The notes beneath the pieces were generated by a model. The model was not told the origin of the DNA. It did not search any database and saw only the letters and a list, made by a program, of their open reading frames with translations. The position numbers and the translations under genes were made by a program. Positions 1-14,439 of a stretch of 64,000 bases of DNA are shown piece after piece. The stretch comes from Lingula anatina (taxonomy: Eukaryota; Animalia; Brachiopoda). The stretch is from assembly GCA_051362555.1 (NCBI GenBank), contig CM120648.1:1341721-1405720 (forward strand). Direction: 5' to 3'. The stretch's first letter is position 1; each line of letters opens with the position of its first letter.

Positions 1-1150
1 CATGCGTAAATAAGAGACAAAAATTAGGCAGCCAAGCATGTTTTGCTATATTTAATTTAGCTCTCTGCGTCACCTGCACCGATACAGCTGCTGTTTGATA
101 CTGCACACTTCGTTGTGACTTGGCCGTAAAACGTCATACAGGTGTTTTGGGTGTTTGAAACCTTGGATTGTTTTTGTCAGTATTCTGTGTCAGAATTAAA
201 GCGGCTTTTATTAGGCCTCAGTATGCCATGATTGCAATTTACGTTGAAATGTTACAAGTAGTAAAAATTTAACTTTAAAGTGACAAAAAAAGTACATCAG
301 GAAAAGTGATAGATGCCCTTGAATTTTGTAGTGACCAAATAGAATTCAAAAACTGGTTTAAGCGTTGAGGTTAAATTTTTCATGCAATTTGACACAGGAG
401 AAATTGGTAGCAGTTCAATGAAATGAACTAGTGCTCTTTCTTGTTTTATAACAGGACTCTCCCCGACTGCAATCAGCTTAATTAAATGAGACGCCTCCTC
501 CTGGCTTTAATTAGTTGTAACTGAGTGAAAAAACAACACTTGAGATTCTTTACTCATGCAAGTTTAGATTGAGAGAAATGTTTACCCTGTCAGATGAATG
601 TTTCTGACATCTTCAGAAAGGGATATGAGTTTTCCTTGATTAAAAAAAAATGTCATTTCTTTGTCATCGTCAGCTGTTCTGGTGCCAAGTTAGAAGCCTT
701 GGATTTTTTTTCAAATTTCATAATAAATTGAAAGGGCACCTTGCTACATTATGTAGAAGTTAATAAAAGAGCAAAAACTTACAGACTACAAAATTAAAAA
801 TGTTTTATTTGCGGCGCACCCAAACTGGTCTGTAAGTCGTGGATTTATTGGTTTTCTTCTAACTTTGCAAATGAGCAATTTCCCCAGTGGGTTCTAATTT
901 GCCTGACCTTATACGTGTTGTATACTTTCCATTAATCTGTAGACACAAAAGTCACATGTCTGTACTCAGGCCTACACGACTACCAGACTCGGCACCGAAT
1001 GGTCCTGAATTCACCGGTATATCGGACCACACGAAAGTTGGAAACTGAAAAAAGAGAGACAGACAGTGGGTGTCGTGCTTCAAGAAAAACTAATAAGTAT
1101 TCACTCATAGCGTGATTGCAAAACGAAATTCTTCACTTTTGTTTCCATAG

Positions 1151-1399
1151 GAAATTGAAGAAAAACTTCAACAACAACAGGAAGAGCTGGCGCGAAGTAC
1201 ACAAAACACAACAGGACCAACGTCACAAACTTCACCCCATCCCGGCCTACGACGCACCCCGGGGACTGGGCACGCGATGAACGCTAATGGTCAGGAGCAA
1301 GGCTTCTTAAATGGCGCTCTGGCGAACATTGCCGTCATAATCGGGTTCGCAGCTTTTGCATACACGGTGAAATACGTACTGAAAAGCATAGTGGAGTGA
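1151..1399 (+). CDS. UBE2J2: Last coding exon of ubiquitin-conjugating enzyme E2 J2-like gene (C-terminal tail anchor)
   Basis: Follows acceptor ttttgtttccatag. Translates EIEEKLQQQQEELAR...GFLNGALANIAVIIGFAAFAYTVKYVLKSIVE*, which closely resembles the vertebrate UBE2J2 C-terminus as I recall it (GALANLFVIVGFAAFAYTVKYVLRSI). Upstream exons lie outside the window. Confidence 0.9.
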   Translation, partial: EIEEKLQQQQEELARSTQNTTGPTSQTSPHPGLRRTPGTGHAMNANGQEQGFLNGALANIAVIIGFAAFAYTVKYVLKSIVE

Positions 1400-2240
1400 A
1401 GTTGTAGTTGGTCTTTTCATTGACATACCGGAAAACCACTGACGCAGCAGAACTTGAACTGCGATTGATTAATGGTGACATTTTAAGTGAATTACGAGAG
1501 AAGCTCCCCTTCCTAGAAGCCTACCATCCTCAGACAAAGTGACTGAGGCGGGAGCAGGCGTATTATGAACATGGACTTTGAACTGTGTGGAATAAGTTTT
1601 TATTGATACAGTGTCTATAAAGCAAAGAGGCGAGGGAGCAGCCACATGGATTCTTCAATGTCGCCTCATTAGTTACATAAATCCCATTGGAGATTACTAC
1701 TCACAATGAAGATGTTTCACCAGGTCTTAACGGTGGTCAAATATTTTTGATCCTCGTATCATAACTCCCCCACATCGTCACTGCCCCGACGTCATTACCG
1801 CCCCTAGCCAAAAAATTATATTACCCACGTCGTTCCTCCGCATCGTCACCCCCACGCGTTGACCCCCCCCCCCCCCCCCCCCCCCGAGTCCTGTTCCTAT
1901 CTCCCCCCGGGTCTTGGGTCTTGGTACTAGTGAAGTTTTACAGTGAAGTTTTAGAATTAAGAATTATGTTTTATGTGTTGTAATTTTACTAGTAAGGAGA
2001 AGCGTTGCGGGGGAGTGACGGCGGGGGCGTGAAAGGTTGTAAAATCGTTGTAACATGTTCCATAGGTGTCATAGTTATTATCGAAGTGCCAACGGGTGAG
2101 GTCCTCCTCCTTACTGAAAAAGGCTTGTCTTTGGGTGTAGATTAACAGATTAACACGCCTCCTCTCGTTTCCAATGTACTTGTATAATCACCATCCTCTA
2201 CTAGGGCCGCAGTTCTTATTATGTGGGCATTTTCACATTA

Positions 2241-2293
<53 letters not shown>

Positions 2294-2919
2294 TCCAGAA
2301 ACGTCTGTGAATATTAAGTAACAATCAATCAGTGACCCTGGTAGAGAGAAAAAAACACTGGCTTTTTCTCTATGAGGGCAAAAAGAACAGCGGGCAAACA
2401 GATCCGCGGATCAAATATGGCCGACCCACTTGAATGTTTGTTGCGTAATCCCCGCGGGGCACATAATCAGTGTCTATTCGGGTAATAAGCGGCAAGCTTT
2501 TTTAAGTTGGTCGCCATATTTGATCCGCAGATCTGTTATTCCGCTGTTCTGAATACGCTCTTAGAGTCTTAAAACCTTTTTACATCGGACGGTACAGTTT
2601 TCTGTATTGCACCAGCTATGACTTATGAAGAATAAGTTTTTTAGTCTTAAATTTCGGAGGGGGATTCTGATATCAGGGTCCTCCAAACAAATCGAGTGTA
2701 CAAAATTTCAGTGTATTATGCACCAGACTAGCGGACCATGAGGCCGCACAGAAGTATTATCACGGACAGCTACTTCCATGTGAAGTGATAATGGCATGAA
2801 CTCAAATTGGACGAGATTGAGAAAAACATCCTTGTCATGTGGTAAAGGTTGATTGTATTACTTTGGGCGTATAATGCTAGATTGGGAGTTAAGAGGACGA
2901 TATGCAGGCTTCTTTATAA

Positions 2920-3095
2920 GGCGCCATTCAGAATAGGGGACTAACTAGTCCGAGGGTCAAATATGGCCGACCCACTACAAAGCTTGCCGTCTAATCCGCT
3001 AATAGACACTGAATAGATATCCCGTTTGGAAGTTCTCAAGTGGGTCGGCCATATTTGACCCTGGGACTAGTTACTCCACTATTCTGAATGAGGCC
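2920..3095. mobile_element. MITE family A copy (others ~2374-2560, 6638-6812, ~60040-60201, ~62859-63039)
   Basis: CATTCAGAAT TIRs and shared core caaatatggccgacccact; the 6638 copy has TSD TAT. Confidence 0.88.
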
Positions 3096-6040
3096 ATAGT
3101 GTGCTGTTTTTAAGAAAGTATAACTTTGAAAAGCTGTGATGAAGTGTTGAGTTGATAGGTGCTTCTCCGTTTGCTATTATTTCTTATTATTTCTTTCAGT
3201 CTTATTGAAGGCTCAAATCGCCACTAAGGCAATGATCCTTTTTGAGCCCCCGTCAGTAGGGCGTTATAAAGATCAGTGGGCCATTTAATTCTTAATTTTT
3301 TAGTACGACGAAGTTAAAAAGATGCATACCTTGTGGGAAACAATGAAACAGGCAATCGTTAAAATGTGTGTGTACATTAACACACAAAAAAAAGATGAGT
3401 TATCTTTTGATGTTAAAGTAATTACTTTGGGACAAGTTGGCATTCTTTAGGATTCGGAACTTTATTACAAAAACGAAACAGAAACCGGAGTAGCTTTCGG
3501 TGCAGTTCACTGTCTTGTTCAATAAAGCGCCAAAAACATTATCAACTGACCTGTAGACCTTTCAGTGCACTTTTACTTTTCTGTAGCACTTTCCTTTTTC
3601 TGTCCTTCAACGTGTGAAGTAAAAGGTATACTCGACGCGTTTATTAATGTTCCAAAGTCGCATTTGTCCTGTCTACCTGTCCTACAAAGCTTTTTTTCCT
3701 TCCCATTAAAGACCAAAAGAAACCCGTTAAAACCCCTCAAGTTCAGGTGCTTGATGTTCTTCTTCTGAAATGTACAGAAAGACGTGGCGGTCCGACTAAG
3801 TTGCCAGCCATTTCAAACTAAACTTTTTAATTAAAAATTGCATAAAACAAGGAATCCAAGGACGGACTTTTAAACCATAAATAAATCTTTAATATTCTCT
3901 TCTTTCTGCTTAAAAACTGTGGAAAATTACGGACCCCAGTGTCATTATAGACGTAAATTTCTGAAGCATGAGTACAAACATAAGTAATAAAGGCTGCTCA
4001 TTTAGTAGACGCAGTGAAGCTTCGGTTATTCAATATATTATCTACAGCAGACTGATTTTTGTTGCCTTTTTCTACGATATGTTCTTTTGTTTGATAGAAC
4101 TTGCCGTTAAACGTAAACAAAAATCCGATATAACTAAACGGATTCGCCTTCTGTAAATGAATACCAATATGCCTCCATGTTTCATCGTACCTCAAGTCAC
4201 CCACCCTTCTCTATGTCTGGGTTCCCATACCTAGATCGATCTAACAGTATCGATCCATCTCCGAGGGGCTTCTCGCTAAAGCGCTTTTACCTTAAGCGGC
4301 TTAGATGTCTAACACGCCCACTGAAGCTGCGTAACGATCATTAATTACCCCCAAGCAGCTGCAGTAGGCGTGAAAGACATCTAAGCCGCTTAAGCTGAAA
4401 GCAATTTAGCGAGAATCCCATCGGAGATAGATCGATCCACAGTTAGTACGCTAGGGTCTGGGAATGCCCCCTAAATACCAAACTGTTCGTGTTCACTGTG
4501 TTTGGTGTAAGTTTCCAATCCTGTTTGCAGTTTTTGTAAGGCATCAAGCAGTTTTTGCTCACCTTGAGGAGATTCTGATGACAAGATTGTCGTCAGAGTT
4601 CATAAGGACAAACGCACTTCTACGCCATTACAATTTCTGATAATCCAAAAGTCTGTAGTCATTTCCGTAGAGAATGAGGAAGAGGCGGCATGATCTCTCC
4701 CTGTAAAATACCCGTACCCCTAGGCGACCATTATACTTTAGAATAATGATAAGAATGATAACAATAAAAATAATAATACAAGGTTTGACATTGCTACAAA
4801 GACCCCAAATGATTCGAAGAATTTTCTTTATAAACTGAGTTTGATTGATTTCTGTGAAAGACGATCTTATTAATTGAGTCATTCAAGCGGATTTATTGTC
4901 TACGAACGCACAATACAATTTATTCCCACTCTTACTGCACAGGTGGAATTGATGCATTTTGTCAGATGCTGTAGCTGATCAACAGCGCTTGGACTGTACG
5001 ACAATTGCCACGACTATTTATTCTTTTCCATAATACTGTTGTAAATTACGTCCACTATTTGGTACATGTACATATAAGCTCATTTTAGTTTCGCGAAATA
5101 TCACTCTTCACGTTCCACTTAAAAGTCCTTGCCCCGATACTCGACCGATGTCACTGCTTCCTATACAATCAATTGTCCACCGGAATCCTCATTTTGATGA
5201 CGTCTAGACACCGCGGTTGATAATGACGTTAGTGCGAAACCTACAAAATTACATGGAATTGATGCATTTTATTCCTGAAGCAATGGGCGTTGCCAAAGCA
5301 CGTGTCCTTGTGGGTTTAGCCCTGAATCGTGTCATTTCGATGAAGTGGTTTTTAATGATCCAATCACCCCAACACACGGTATGTATCGTGTACATGTATG
5401 AATCTGATCTATTTTGTAATCGAAGGTTTAACCGAAGGACTGCCTGCTCTAACAATTTATATTATTTATATTATAATGTGGCGCGGACGCCCAGAGAAGT
5501 CCTCAGTCTGTTTAAAGGCATAAATGGCGCTTTAATTCCGTTAAATGTCATTGGTGCGAATCGCTCCTGCGAAAATGTGTCTCATTTAACGTTCACTTAC
5601 GGTTCTCAGTCTATGCTAGAACATATGGTGTATTTATTTTATTTTATTTCATTTTTTATTTTTTTACAGTTGTAATGTTGTTCTGTAATGGATATAACAG
5701 TTCGAGGACTGTTTGAGAAGTCCTTCAGAAAATCCCAGAACAGATTAACAACGTTTTTCATTAAAAGAGAAAAACATTATGTTCTAGGACAGATTGAGAA
5801 CCGTAAGTGCGCGTTAAATGAGACAAATTTTCGCAGGGGACTTGGGTTTACCTATAGCTCGAGCTGGGTTCCAGTGTGGGGCTGAAGATTGGGGCGCAGT
5901 GACAGGGTGACATTCGTGGTAGTAGCATTACTGAACATCGATTGCATTACACTTTAAGTTGATGATATATGTAGTCAACGAGTACTCACTTTTGACTTTT
6001 ACCCTCTATCAGAGGTTTTCTCTAACTCTTTCAAAACCTG

Positions 6041-6302
6041 GGCCCAGTTTCATCAACACTGAATGGTGCTATCCTCTGGATAACAAATCCATTATATCCA
6101 TTATATCCATTAGATGGAATTCAATATCCTCTGGGCAGTTATGCTGTTGGTAAAATAATGTTTTCTGAACGCTAGATACTTCTTTTAGTTTCTGAAATTG
6201 CTATCCAGTGAATAAAAAATGGCTGTCCAGAGGAAAAAATATTTATCCAGTGGATAGTGTTATCCATAGGACAGTTCTATCCAGTGTTGATGAAACTGGG
6301 CC
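6041..6302. mobile_element. MITE with CTG flanks (Harbinger-like)
   Basis: TIR GGCCCAGTTTCATCAACACTG; internal tatcca.tggata repeats. Confidence 0.85.
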
Positions 6303-9300
6303 CTGTACTAAAAGATCCCTTACGGACATTTCCTAGGGAGTCCTATAGGACTCTGTGGGAATCCTGCAGGACTCTATTTGAGTTGTTACGGACAACATAC
6401 GTATAGGACCCTATAGGATTCCGGGCCAACTCCCTGCAGAACAATATGGCCTGCAGAACAATATGGGATCCTTTCGGGAAATTTCCGCCAGAGATACAAT
6501 TTTGTAACGGCAAGAGAAGACCTCTGGTAGAGAATACACGGTATATTTGATGTCCTTTCCAAATTTCCATTTCTTAACTTATGGTAACTGTTTTATAAAA
6601 CTCCGTAAAGCGCTTGGACTCCAGAGAGTTCATGTATGGCTGCATTCAGAATACCGGACTAACTAGTCCGCGGGCCAAATATGGCGACCGACTAAAAACC
6701 TTGCCGTCTATTCTGCTAATAGACACCGAATAGATTCCCCGTGGGGAAGAGTTCAAGTGGATCGTCCATATTTAACCCGTAGGCTAGTTAGTCCGCTGTT
6801 CTGAATTCGGCCTATGTCACCAGGCCTACTGAATCGATACGATGCGCCCATATGTGTATAAATATAATGATGAATTTTATGAAATCAATAAATGAAGAAA
6901 CGAAAGGCCGATTGTGGTTTTCAGTATAATCCCGCTGTTGACGAGAGTCATCGCATGACCATTGGCTTCCTAAAATGAATAATGACGGCCCCCATTGGGG
7001 GTGTAGTGGTGACGGTTCACGTCGCATGAAAAAATCAAATCAAAAAAAGTAAAACTTTAATCATATCCCATTGAAAATGCGAGTCCGAATGGTTGAAAAT
7101 CACAAATCACCATGTATAATGTCTTCGTTTCACGAAAAACTATATTTCACGAATAAAGAGCCGCAAAAGTCACGGGAATGGGGTGCTTCAGAGATCACGC
7201 TAAATAATATGGCCCTTTCACGCATCTTGGGTAATAAAAAGTGGCTTTCACGGTTAACGAAAATACCCAGCGGGACCCTCAATAATGAGACAAATGAAAT
7301 CAACAGGATACAAATGTCACGTTGGTTTTATTTATGCATACGTTAGATTCAGTTGGGGGATCATTTTTCATCGGCAACAGACAACAAACAAGAGTTAATG
7401 GTTTTTATCAACTTAATTAATAACGTAAGGAACGAGGTTGGGGAGATGCGGGATGAGCATTTTCTGTTTATCTTTATCACATTCTTGTTTGGGGAAAGTT
7501 AGAATTGGAGGATAGCCAAATATTTGGGGGTACCATCTGGAAAATACGGCCGCTGTTGGGCGTGGTGGCGAATAGAAAGAAAAAAAGGAGAGCGGGTTGA
7601 TACCGCAACACACATACGGTTTTTTAGCATCAGAGGTTATAACACGTATCACTGATCTTCTAGCAGCCGTTATTATCCTCGTTGTATACTGTAGAGAAAG
7701 ACTTCACTAGAATATAATAATTGCATCGTTAGTAAACAACGATTGGACCTTGCGATGTTCATTCGACAAACCATATCACCGAGATGAAGAAAAACCGCGG
7801 TGATAGAACTTTAATAGCGGCAATCTTCCTGTGAGCACTCATGCTTAATTCATCCGGGAGAGGGGAGGCGGTGCACACGCGCGCGCGCGCACACACACAC
7901 ACTCACACACGCACACACATACACCCTTCTTTCTCTTAAAACATCAGTATAACAAGCAAAACTTAATAAAAAAACCAAGCGGTTTTTCCAATCTCTGAAC
8001 CCTGCACAATAAAGAAAAATTGTTCCCGTCTAATTTTTTTAAAGGTTGTGACCCTTCTCCTTGTAACAATTGAATATTCTACCCGCCAGTTCACACACCC
8101 CTCTCCCCCCCCCCCAATCTCTTTCATCAGCCTCTTCGACCTTGAGTCGATATACTCTCAAACCAGAATCTATTTGATGCCTGTCCCACAGAATGTCCTT
8201 GGATAAGGACACGCAGTGTGCAGTGAATGCATCTGGTGGTTAACCTCAACAGAGTATAAATCATGAGACACGGGTTGTTAGAGGAAGGTCTTTGCTAATT
8301 CTGATGAAAGAACATACGCATTTGGAAACAAAGCGCGCATGCCCCGGCATGTCGAATGCGGCATTAAAAAAAAACCCTCCAAGGTTAGCTGAAAAGCCTG
8401 TTTTAGGTGCAACTTTCATGTCACGTCAATGCAAAAAATGTATGTGATACTAACTGTATCGTGTGTTCAGACGGCAAAAATTGACTGAAATGGCCTATTC
8501 TCTCGCGTTTGACATGAAATAAAGCGATATTTCGCGGGATTTGCAGGGGGAGGGTTGGGTCACAATAAATGGCAGACTACAGAGCGCTGTATATGTGCGG
8601 CAAGGAATAAAAAGTCGCATTGTATCGTATGAATTGTGATAATTTTTTGGTTGTTTTTTCTCAAGTTCTGTCGAAATACTGGTACAGTCTAGCAGTACTA
8701 GTAAAAATTCACCATGGTTTGTGTATTGCAATTGGATTTCTCTCTAGGGCCGCATTCACATCGGGTTGAGCCATGGCTCTACAAAGCCACGACCTAAATT
8801 AAATATGGCGGACGTACATGAAAGGAAAACCGCCTAATCTTTTAATAGTCTCCCCGCCTCTCACACGCCTCCCCATGCGTCGTCCCTGCGGGGTTACAGT
8901 CATTAAATCTCGGCTCCATTGGGACATAACTACGTAATGAAAAATAGCTTAATTTTCAGTTTTGAAATAGCCCAATTAGCCAAAACCATAATAAAAAACA
9001 ATGTGACTTTGATATTTTCCACTTTTCCTCCATTACCTGAAAAAAACCCTCTTTGTATGCTTTTATTTCTAGGCCATTACTCGATTGAACTTTCTTTACT
9101 TATGGATTTGCCTTTAAAGAAACAGTGGCCATTTAATTTAACAAGATATATTCTTTATTTTATTTTCAAATATAGAAAGGGAACTTTCTTATTTTGTACA
9201 TTTTTTCGACATAAGGCACTGCACAGTCATTTCATGAAAATATACGACATACGGTTTTACCGTTTGAAAATGAGCCAAAGAACTGATATAAAAGATATAA

Positions 9301-9467
9301 AAAGCGACACACTTCCTTCCAGTATATCACACAGAAATAAATCCTTTTGGTCTCTGCCTGGAAAACGCTCCTAAATGCCATTGATGTGCTTCTTTTCGAT
9401 CGTTATTACCCTTAGATAACAGAAGTCTACAGGGGCTTCTATAATCAGCCATACAACAGTTTTGTAA

Positions 9468-9785
9468 GGGGCCATTCAGAATGAGAACCGAGTGCTAGCT
9501 GGTCCACGGCCTAAATATGGCGGACCTACATGAAAGGAAGACCGCTTAATCGTGTAATGGTCTCTCCGCCTCTTTCACGCCCCCCACCCCCCACGCGTAG
9601 TCCCTGCAGGGGCACAGTAATTAACTCTCGTCTCAATTCGACCGATCGAGGGACGATGTGTGGGGAGGCGTGTGAGAGGCGGAGAGAGAGCATTACAGGA
9701 TTAAGCAGTCTTCCTTTCATGTACGTCCGCCATATTTAGGCAGTGGACCAGTCAGCACTCGGATCTTCTCATTCTGAATGGCACC
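9468..9785. mobile_element. MITE family B (others ~8747-8916 partial, 36268-36536)
   Basis: TIR GCCATTCAGAATGAGAA with long subterminal inverted repeat (aaatatggcggac.tacatgaaaggaagac); TAA TSD here and at 36268-36536. Confidence 0.9.
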
Positions 9786-10093
9786 TAACAGTTTTCTGGC
9801 GCACCTGTGGTCAGAGCGTACACCGTTATTGTGGCTTCCAGATTCATCAACATATGTAAAGCTGTTATGACTAAATATAGAAGGTAATAATTTTCGAATT
9901 AATGCCACCTAAACCGCACCGAGGTTTACGAAATGAAGAGTGATATATTTGCTTGGAACGTGATTAGTTAATGGAAAGCCAGTCAGTTTATGTAGAGACC
10001 GTCCACCACTACAGGTAGGTAGATATCGTTGTTGTTATCTTTGTTATTGTAATATTTTATTATTTAAAACGGTATTTAAAATACGGGACGCGC

Positions 10094-10126
<33 letters not shown>

Positions 10127-10591
10127 GAGCGACGGAAGAAGGAAAGTCACAAAACAGGAATAAGCGTCCCATCTCTTAATATTAAAAGTTTGATGTTTTG
10201 TTACCCTTTTTACTGAATTTGATGATATGTGGAATAATTTTTTGTTAACATTAAATACAATGGAAGACCATACTTTTATTTTAATTAAAAAAAATTACCT
10301 GGCGAACTGGGCTTGGAGTCAGCAATTTCAAAACGAGGTGGAGCGGGGGTTCTTCTTCTGAAAAACAGTGGACGTTTGTACTCCCTTAGTTGACTTAACT
10401 TGAGAACAGGTACAGCACCTGGGTCTACCAGTGGGTGTTTTCAGAGTAGACAATTTTCCAGTCAGAAGGCAGTTCCAAACTCCCAAAACCCTCCACCTGC
10501 CCTAGGACCTCCTACACACACGCGTAAACACACGCACACACACGCAAACACACCTCCCACCATCCCCCCCGGCCCTGTTGCTTGAGGATGT

Positions 10592-13001
10592 GGCCAGAAT
10601 AGAAGTTATCGAACTTGCGGGATCGATCTATCTCAGCGAGGATTTCCGCTAAGGCAAAAAAAAAAAAAATGTAATCAGCTTAATTGTCTGGCACACCCCT
10701 CGCAAAACAACATGAACTTCATCATGGACCACAAAGTTCTCCCGACTTTAGCCAAGTACTTTAAGTTACAACAGTGAGTGGCAGACAATATACCTTTTTC
10801 GTCTTCTTCATGAGGCAATTGTGTTTTGCGTTAGCACCGAATATTTTGAAGACGGGAAGAAAACCTATAATATTAGAAGACCAACGATATTCCAAAAAAA
10901 AGTTAGTTAATCGGGGGCAAGACAGCCGTTGCATTCCAGTGAATATGAAGTGTCTAAAAATGCAAAAAGAGACGTCGGAACTCACGATGACCATTCCTAC
11001 AGTACACAATATTCAGACACTAACAAAAATGCTAATATTTGTGAACTAAAAAAACTGGGATTATTTATGAAATGGCGGAAAAAGTACACGATCTTTCAGT
11101 GAGATTAAAAAATCTAAAGTCACAGCGGGCCGATTTGCAACAGGCAAAAAAAGGGTCCAGTGGAAAACGATATGTGATAAAAAAAAAAAGACATATAACA
11201 CTGTTAGCGTGAAGATATGGAAAAAGAAACCAGTACTGTGAAGGTTTACCCAGGATTTGCTATTTATGAAGCATTCAAGGACTTTCGTGACTTCTTGTAT
11301 CCAGGCATTACTGTGTGTACTACTGGGGTTCAACATACCAAGACAGCGACACACGGAGAGAAAATACACCCGGCTCAGAATTCGTGTTATCGAATATATA
11401 TATAATCTTTTTTGTCTGATTTAAGTGTTAAAAATCATGATATGCAGATTGAAAACTGTCAGTGACCTGCTTAGAATGGGGCAATGTCTTAGGAAACCAG
11501 GATATCTGAAACTCAAGAATCAATGTTAATATCTTATAAAAACTTATTGTACCAGTTAGACTTTTTCATTATAATAAATATAATCTAGCCATGTATGTGA
11601 TAAGTAATACAAATATATTTAGTAGTAAAGAATGACAATATGTCTTTTTTTCTCTCTTAAAAGTGTTGCAAAGCATGAAAAACATGTACATGGAAAACAC
11701 TTTATATGACTATTTTTTTTATCTACACAGACGAATACAGAGATATTTTCTGACAGTCTTCCAAATTACCTTTATTGATCCATTCTCCATTTTTGACCGT
11801 CTTCCGCCAGAAAAACTGTTTGTTAATGTAAACTTGAAAAATTGTGACGGTCTTCCTGAAGACCAAGAAGACGGCGTCCGTTCGCCCCTTATCTATGATT
11901 GAATATGATAAAATATACACCTGAAAAAATTAAAACATCAAATAATTTGCAGTATTTCTATAGTTTTGCATTGGTCATACGGATTTTGTTTCAGTCTGAC
12001 AGAATTTTCACACTTAATTCCAAATGACATTTTAGTCTGTTAATGTATTAGTGTAAGACATGGTAAACTGGTCAATTATCATCTATGAAGGTGTCGAAAT
12101 TACTAGTCTCACCTAATTAATACACAACATTAGAAGGTGTTGATTAAGTCCCCTTTCCACTGGACGGCGTCCTTTTAACGTCCTTTGTGCGACCATGAAA
12201 CTGGCATCGCTGTGGTCGTAGAAAGGAGGCACAAGCATCGCTTTGGTTGCAGAAAGAATGTTCAATGATAGGCCAGTTGTCGGGACGTAAAGCATTCTTC
12301 TTTTTCTTTTTTTTTTTTTTTTTCTCTCAAACGGGGCCGTTCTACGGGTCGCAGAAAGGACACCGTCCAGTGTAAAGGGGGCTTTACAGAGGAAAGACCA
12401 TAGTTTTGGCTCACCTTGCCGACCAACTCTAAAAGCAACAACTGGTGCGTCATCGTTTAGTTTGTCTTCCATGTCTTCCATGGCTCGGACACCCGGTGAA
12501 TTCATGTTGTACAGTGCATTATGTTTAAATTGAGAAGTAAAACACCGCCCAACTAACCTCGTCTCCTTTCCTGTAGTTGACGCATTTCTGTGCTTCAGCC
12601 ACCTTTTTAGTTCTGGCACTGTGCACGCTTCAAACGTTTTTTTTTTATACGGGCCCCAGCTAGGAACGTCACCCTCACGTAGCGATGCCTTAATTACTGT
12701 AAAGAACAGCAGAGGACTACAGTGACCACCATGGCGCTCTCTTCTCGTCATGCGCAATTCTCAGATCCCTCGCAAAGCAGCAGGAACTACATCATGGACC
12801 ACAAAAATTTCCCAAGAAGTTGTAGATGTTGTAAACTTCCACACAGCTTCTTGGTTTTCCGGCCATTACCCAAGTACTTCAAGTTACGAGGTGTCGTGCC
12901 GGGCAATCAAGCTGATTACTTTGACTGCGCCTTAGCGAGAATCCCGCTGAGATAGATCGATCCTGCTAAAACGATAACTTCTATATATTCTGAACACGGC
13001 C
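10592..13001. mobile_element. Decayed 2.4-kb DNA transposon, ISL2EU/PHIS-like, with remnants of two convergent genes
   Basis: Imperfect ~60-bp TIRs (agaagttatcg..gatcgatctatctcagcg..gctaaggc and its reverse complement). + strand: THAP-tail-like CVSTEYFEDG..PTIF (~10827-10895) and VKVYPGFAIYEAFKDFRDFLYP (~11238-11303). - strand: SAP motif CTVPELKRWLKHRNASTTGK (~12565-12625). Confidence 0.65.
12147..12383. mobile_element. MITE family D nested in the 2.4-kb element (second copy ~27632-27832, inverted)
   Basis: TIR agtcccctttccactggacgg / ccgtccagtgtaaagggggct, TTA flanks; shares internal gcgaccatgaaactgg with the 27.7-kb copy. Confidence 0.85.
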
Positions 13002-13050
13002 TAAATCTCGAACTTTTACTGTATTTGGGCAGAGACTGGATAATAAAACA

Positions 13051-13237
13051 CAGGCCCGTAGCCAACAAATTCAAAAGGGGAGGGGGGGTTCTTTTTCTGA
13101 AAAAAGTGGACCTTTTACAATGAAACTTATGTGTACCTAGATAAAATTTTACCCAAAATGGACCTTTTCGTGACAAAAGGGGCGGTTCTTTCGATGCCAC
13201 CCCCCCCCCCCCCCGACCCCCCCTGGCTACGGGCCTA
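13051..13237. mobile_element. hAT-like MITE (diverged relative at ~10310-10585)
   Basis: TIR AGGCCCGTAGCCA / TGGCTACGGGCCT with G-run and C-run subtermini. Confidence 0.75.
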
Positions 13238-14439
13238 ATTAACAGGTGAAAGAATTCGATCTTGGACACTAGCCTTGCATCACCTCCATAATTAGCACAC
13301 TTTCTTGCATGACCTGTTTTGCCCTGTACTGTAAGTATATATGACCTGGTTTCCGATTCACAAAAAGTGCAAGTCTTTTTGCTTATCTTAGGCTGCTAAA
13401 TCGTATTTTTTCAATAAAGAAGAAAAAGCAGAAACAGATTGAATCTGCGACTTATATAATTTTGTAGTCAACCTCTCCTAGCCCATAATAATAGACAATA
13501 GAGAACAGTGGCGGATTTAGATAACATATATTTCTAGCAAAGAGGCTAAAAATATATAATAATATTTCTACTCTTCACGGTAGGCCTACTTTTTTATCAT
13601 TGCAAAACAGCGGCAATGACCACAATATCATTAAAGTAGGCCTCAACAAGGGCACATACAGTGTATTTGCACATACTGTCATTTAAATTCCCGTTGATTT
13701 ACCATCCAAAACTGTACTTTCCTAGTTGATTCACACAATGTGGATTTGTTTTGTGTAAAAAATATCCCAAAACAATTTTATTCACCAGTCGCAATCAAAA
13801 TATTGCACATTACACCTGTAGGCCTACCAATGCGCGCATTAGCAATGTATGAATATGCCGCAGACGGAAATGGACACATGATCAATAAATTGTTTGCCAA
13901 ACGTATTTTTGGAATACCAATCATTAGTTTAAATAACACTTTACTACATCATATAATGTGTAATTTTACCTGATTTTCTTAGGGGAAGCATTTTGCGTTG
14001 TCACATTTTTCCACACACTGCGGTCTATCTTCCATATTTGGAGGACCGATACCTTTCAAAGATTCTTTGGTGAAAACGACACAGAATTACAGTATTTAAT
14101 GCTTAAATTTTCAAAATATTCTCGGGGGAGGGCTCCCAAACCCCCGACCCCCTTCTCCTGCTCCCACACGTTAAAGATTTGATACAAAAAGTAGCGTGCG
14201 CTTTATTTGACCCACGCTCCTGTATTTGTAAAATTTAGCCTATTTGCAAGGTGCATCGAGATGTAAAGGAATGCCCCATAATAAGAAAGAATTTTTATTT
14301 CATCACTGGTGTAGGTCCCAACTTAATCCAATGTACCCCTTCCCCTCCATTTTATTCTTGGTTATGGTTTATAACAGCGAACGGGCTGGAATTGCATCAC
14401 TTTCATTGATAAACGCAATAATGAATAAGGCTGCAGAGG

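Noticed and set aside
2242-2291. 50-nt poly(A) run (also poly(T) 28779-28830, poly(C) ~1863-1885)
   Set aside because: No adjacent retrocopy or TSD identified; treated as simple homopolymers.
3565-9374. Short ORFs between UBE2J2 and the per promoter
   Set aside because: Mostly non-ATG starts, AT-rich low-information translations or MITE-derived; no motifs or consistent exon chain.
12113-12757. 214-aa minus-strand ORF as an intact gene
   Set aside because: Chimeric: a SAP-like remnant read through into a nested MITE and its T-run.
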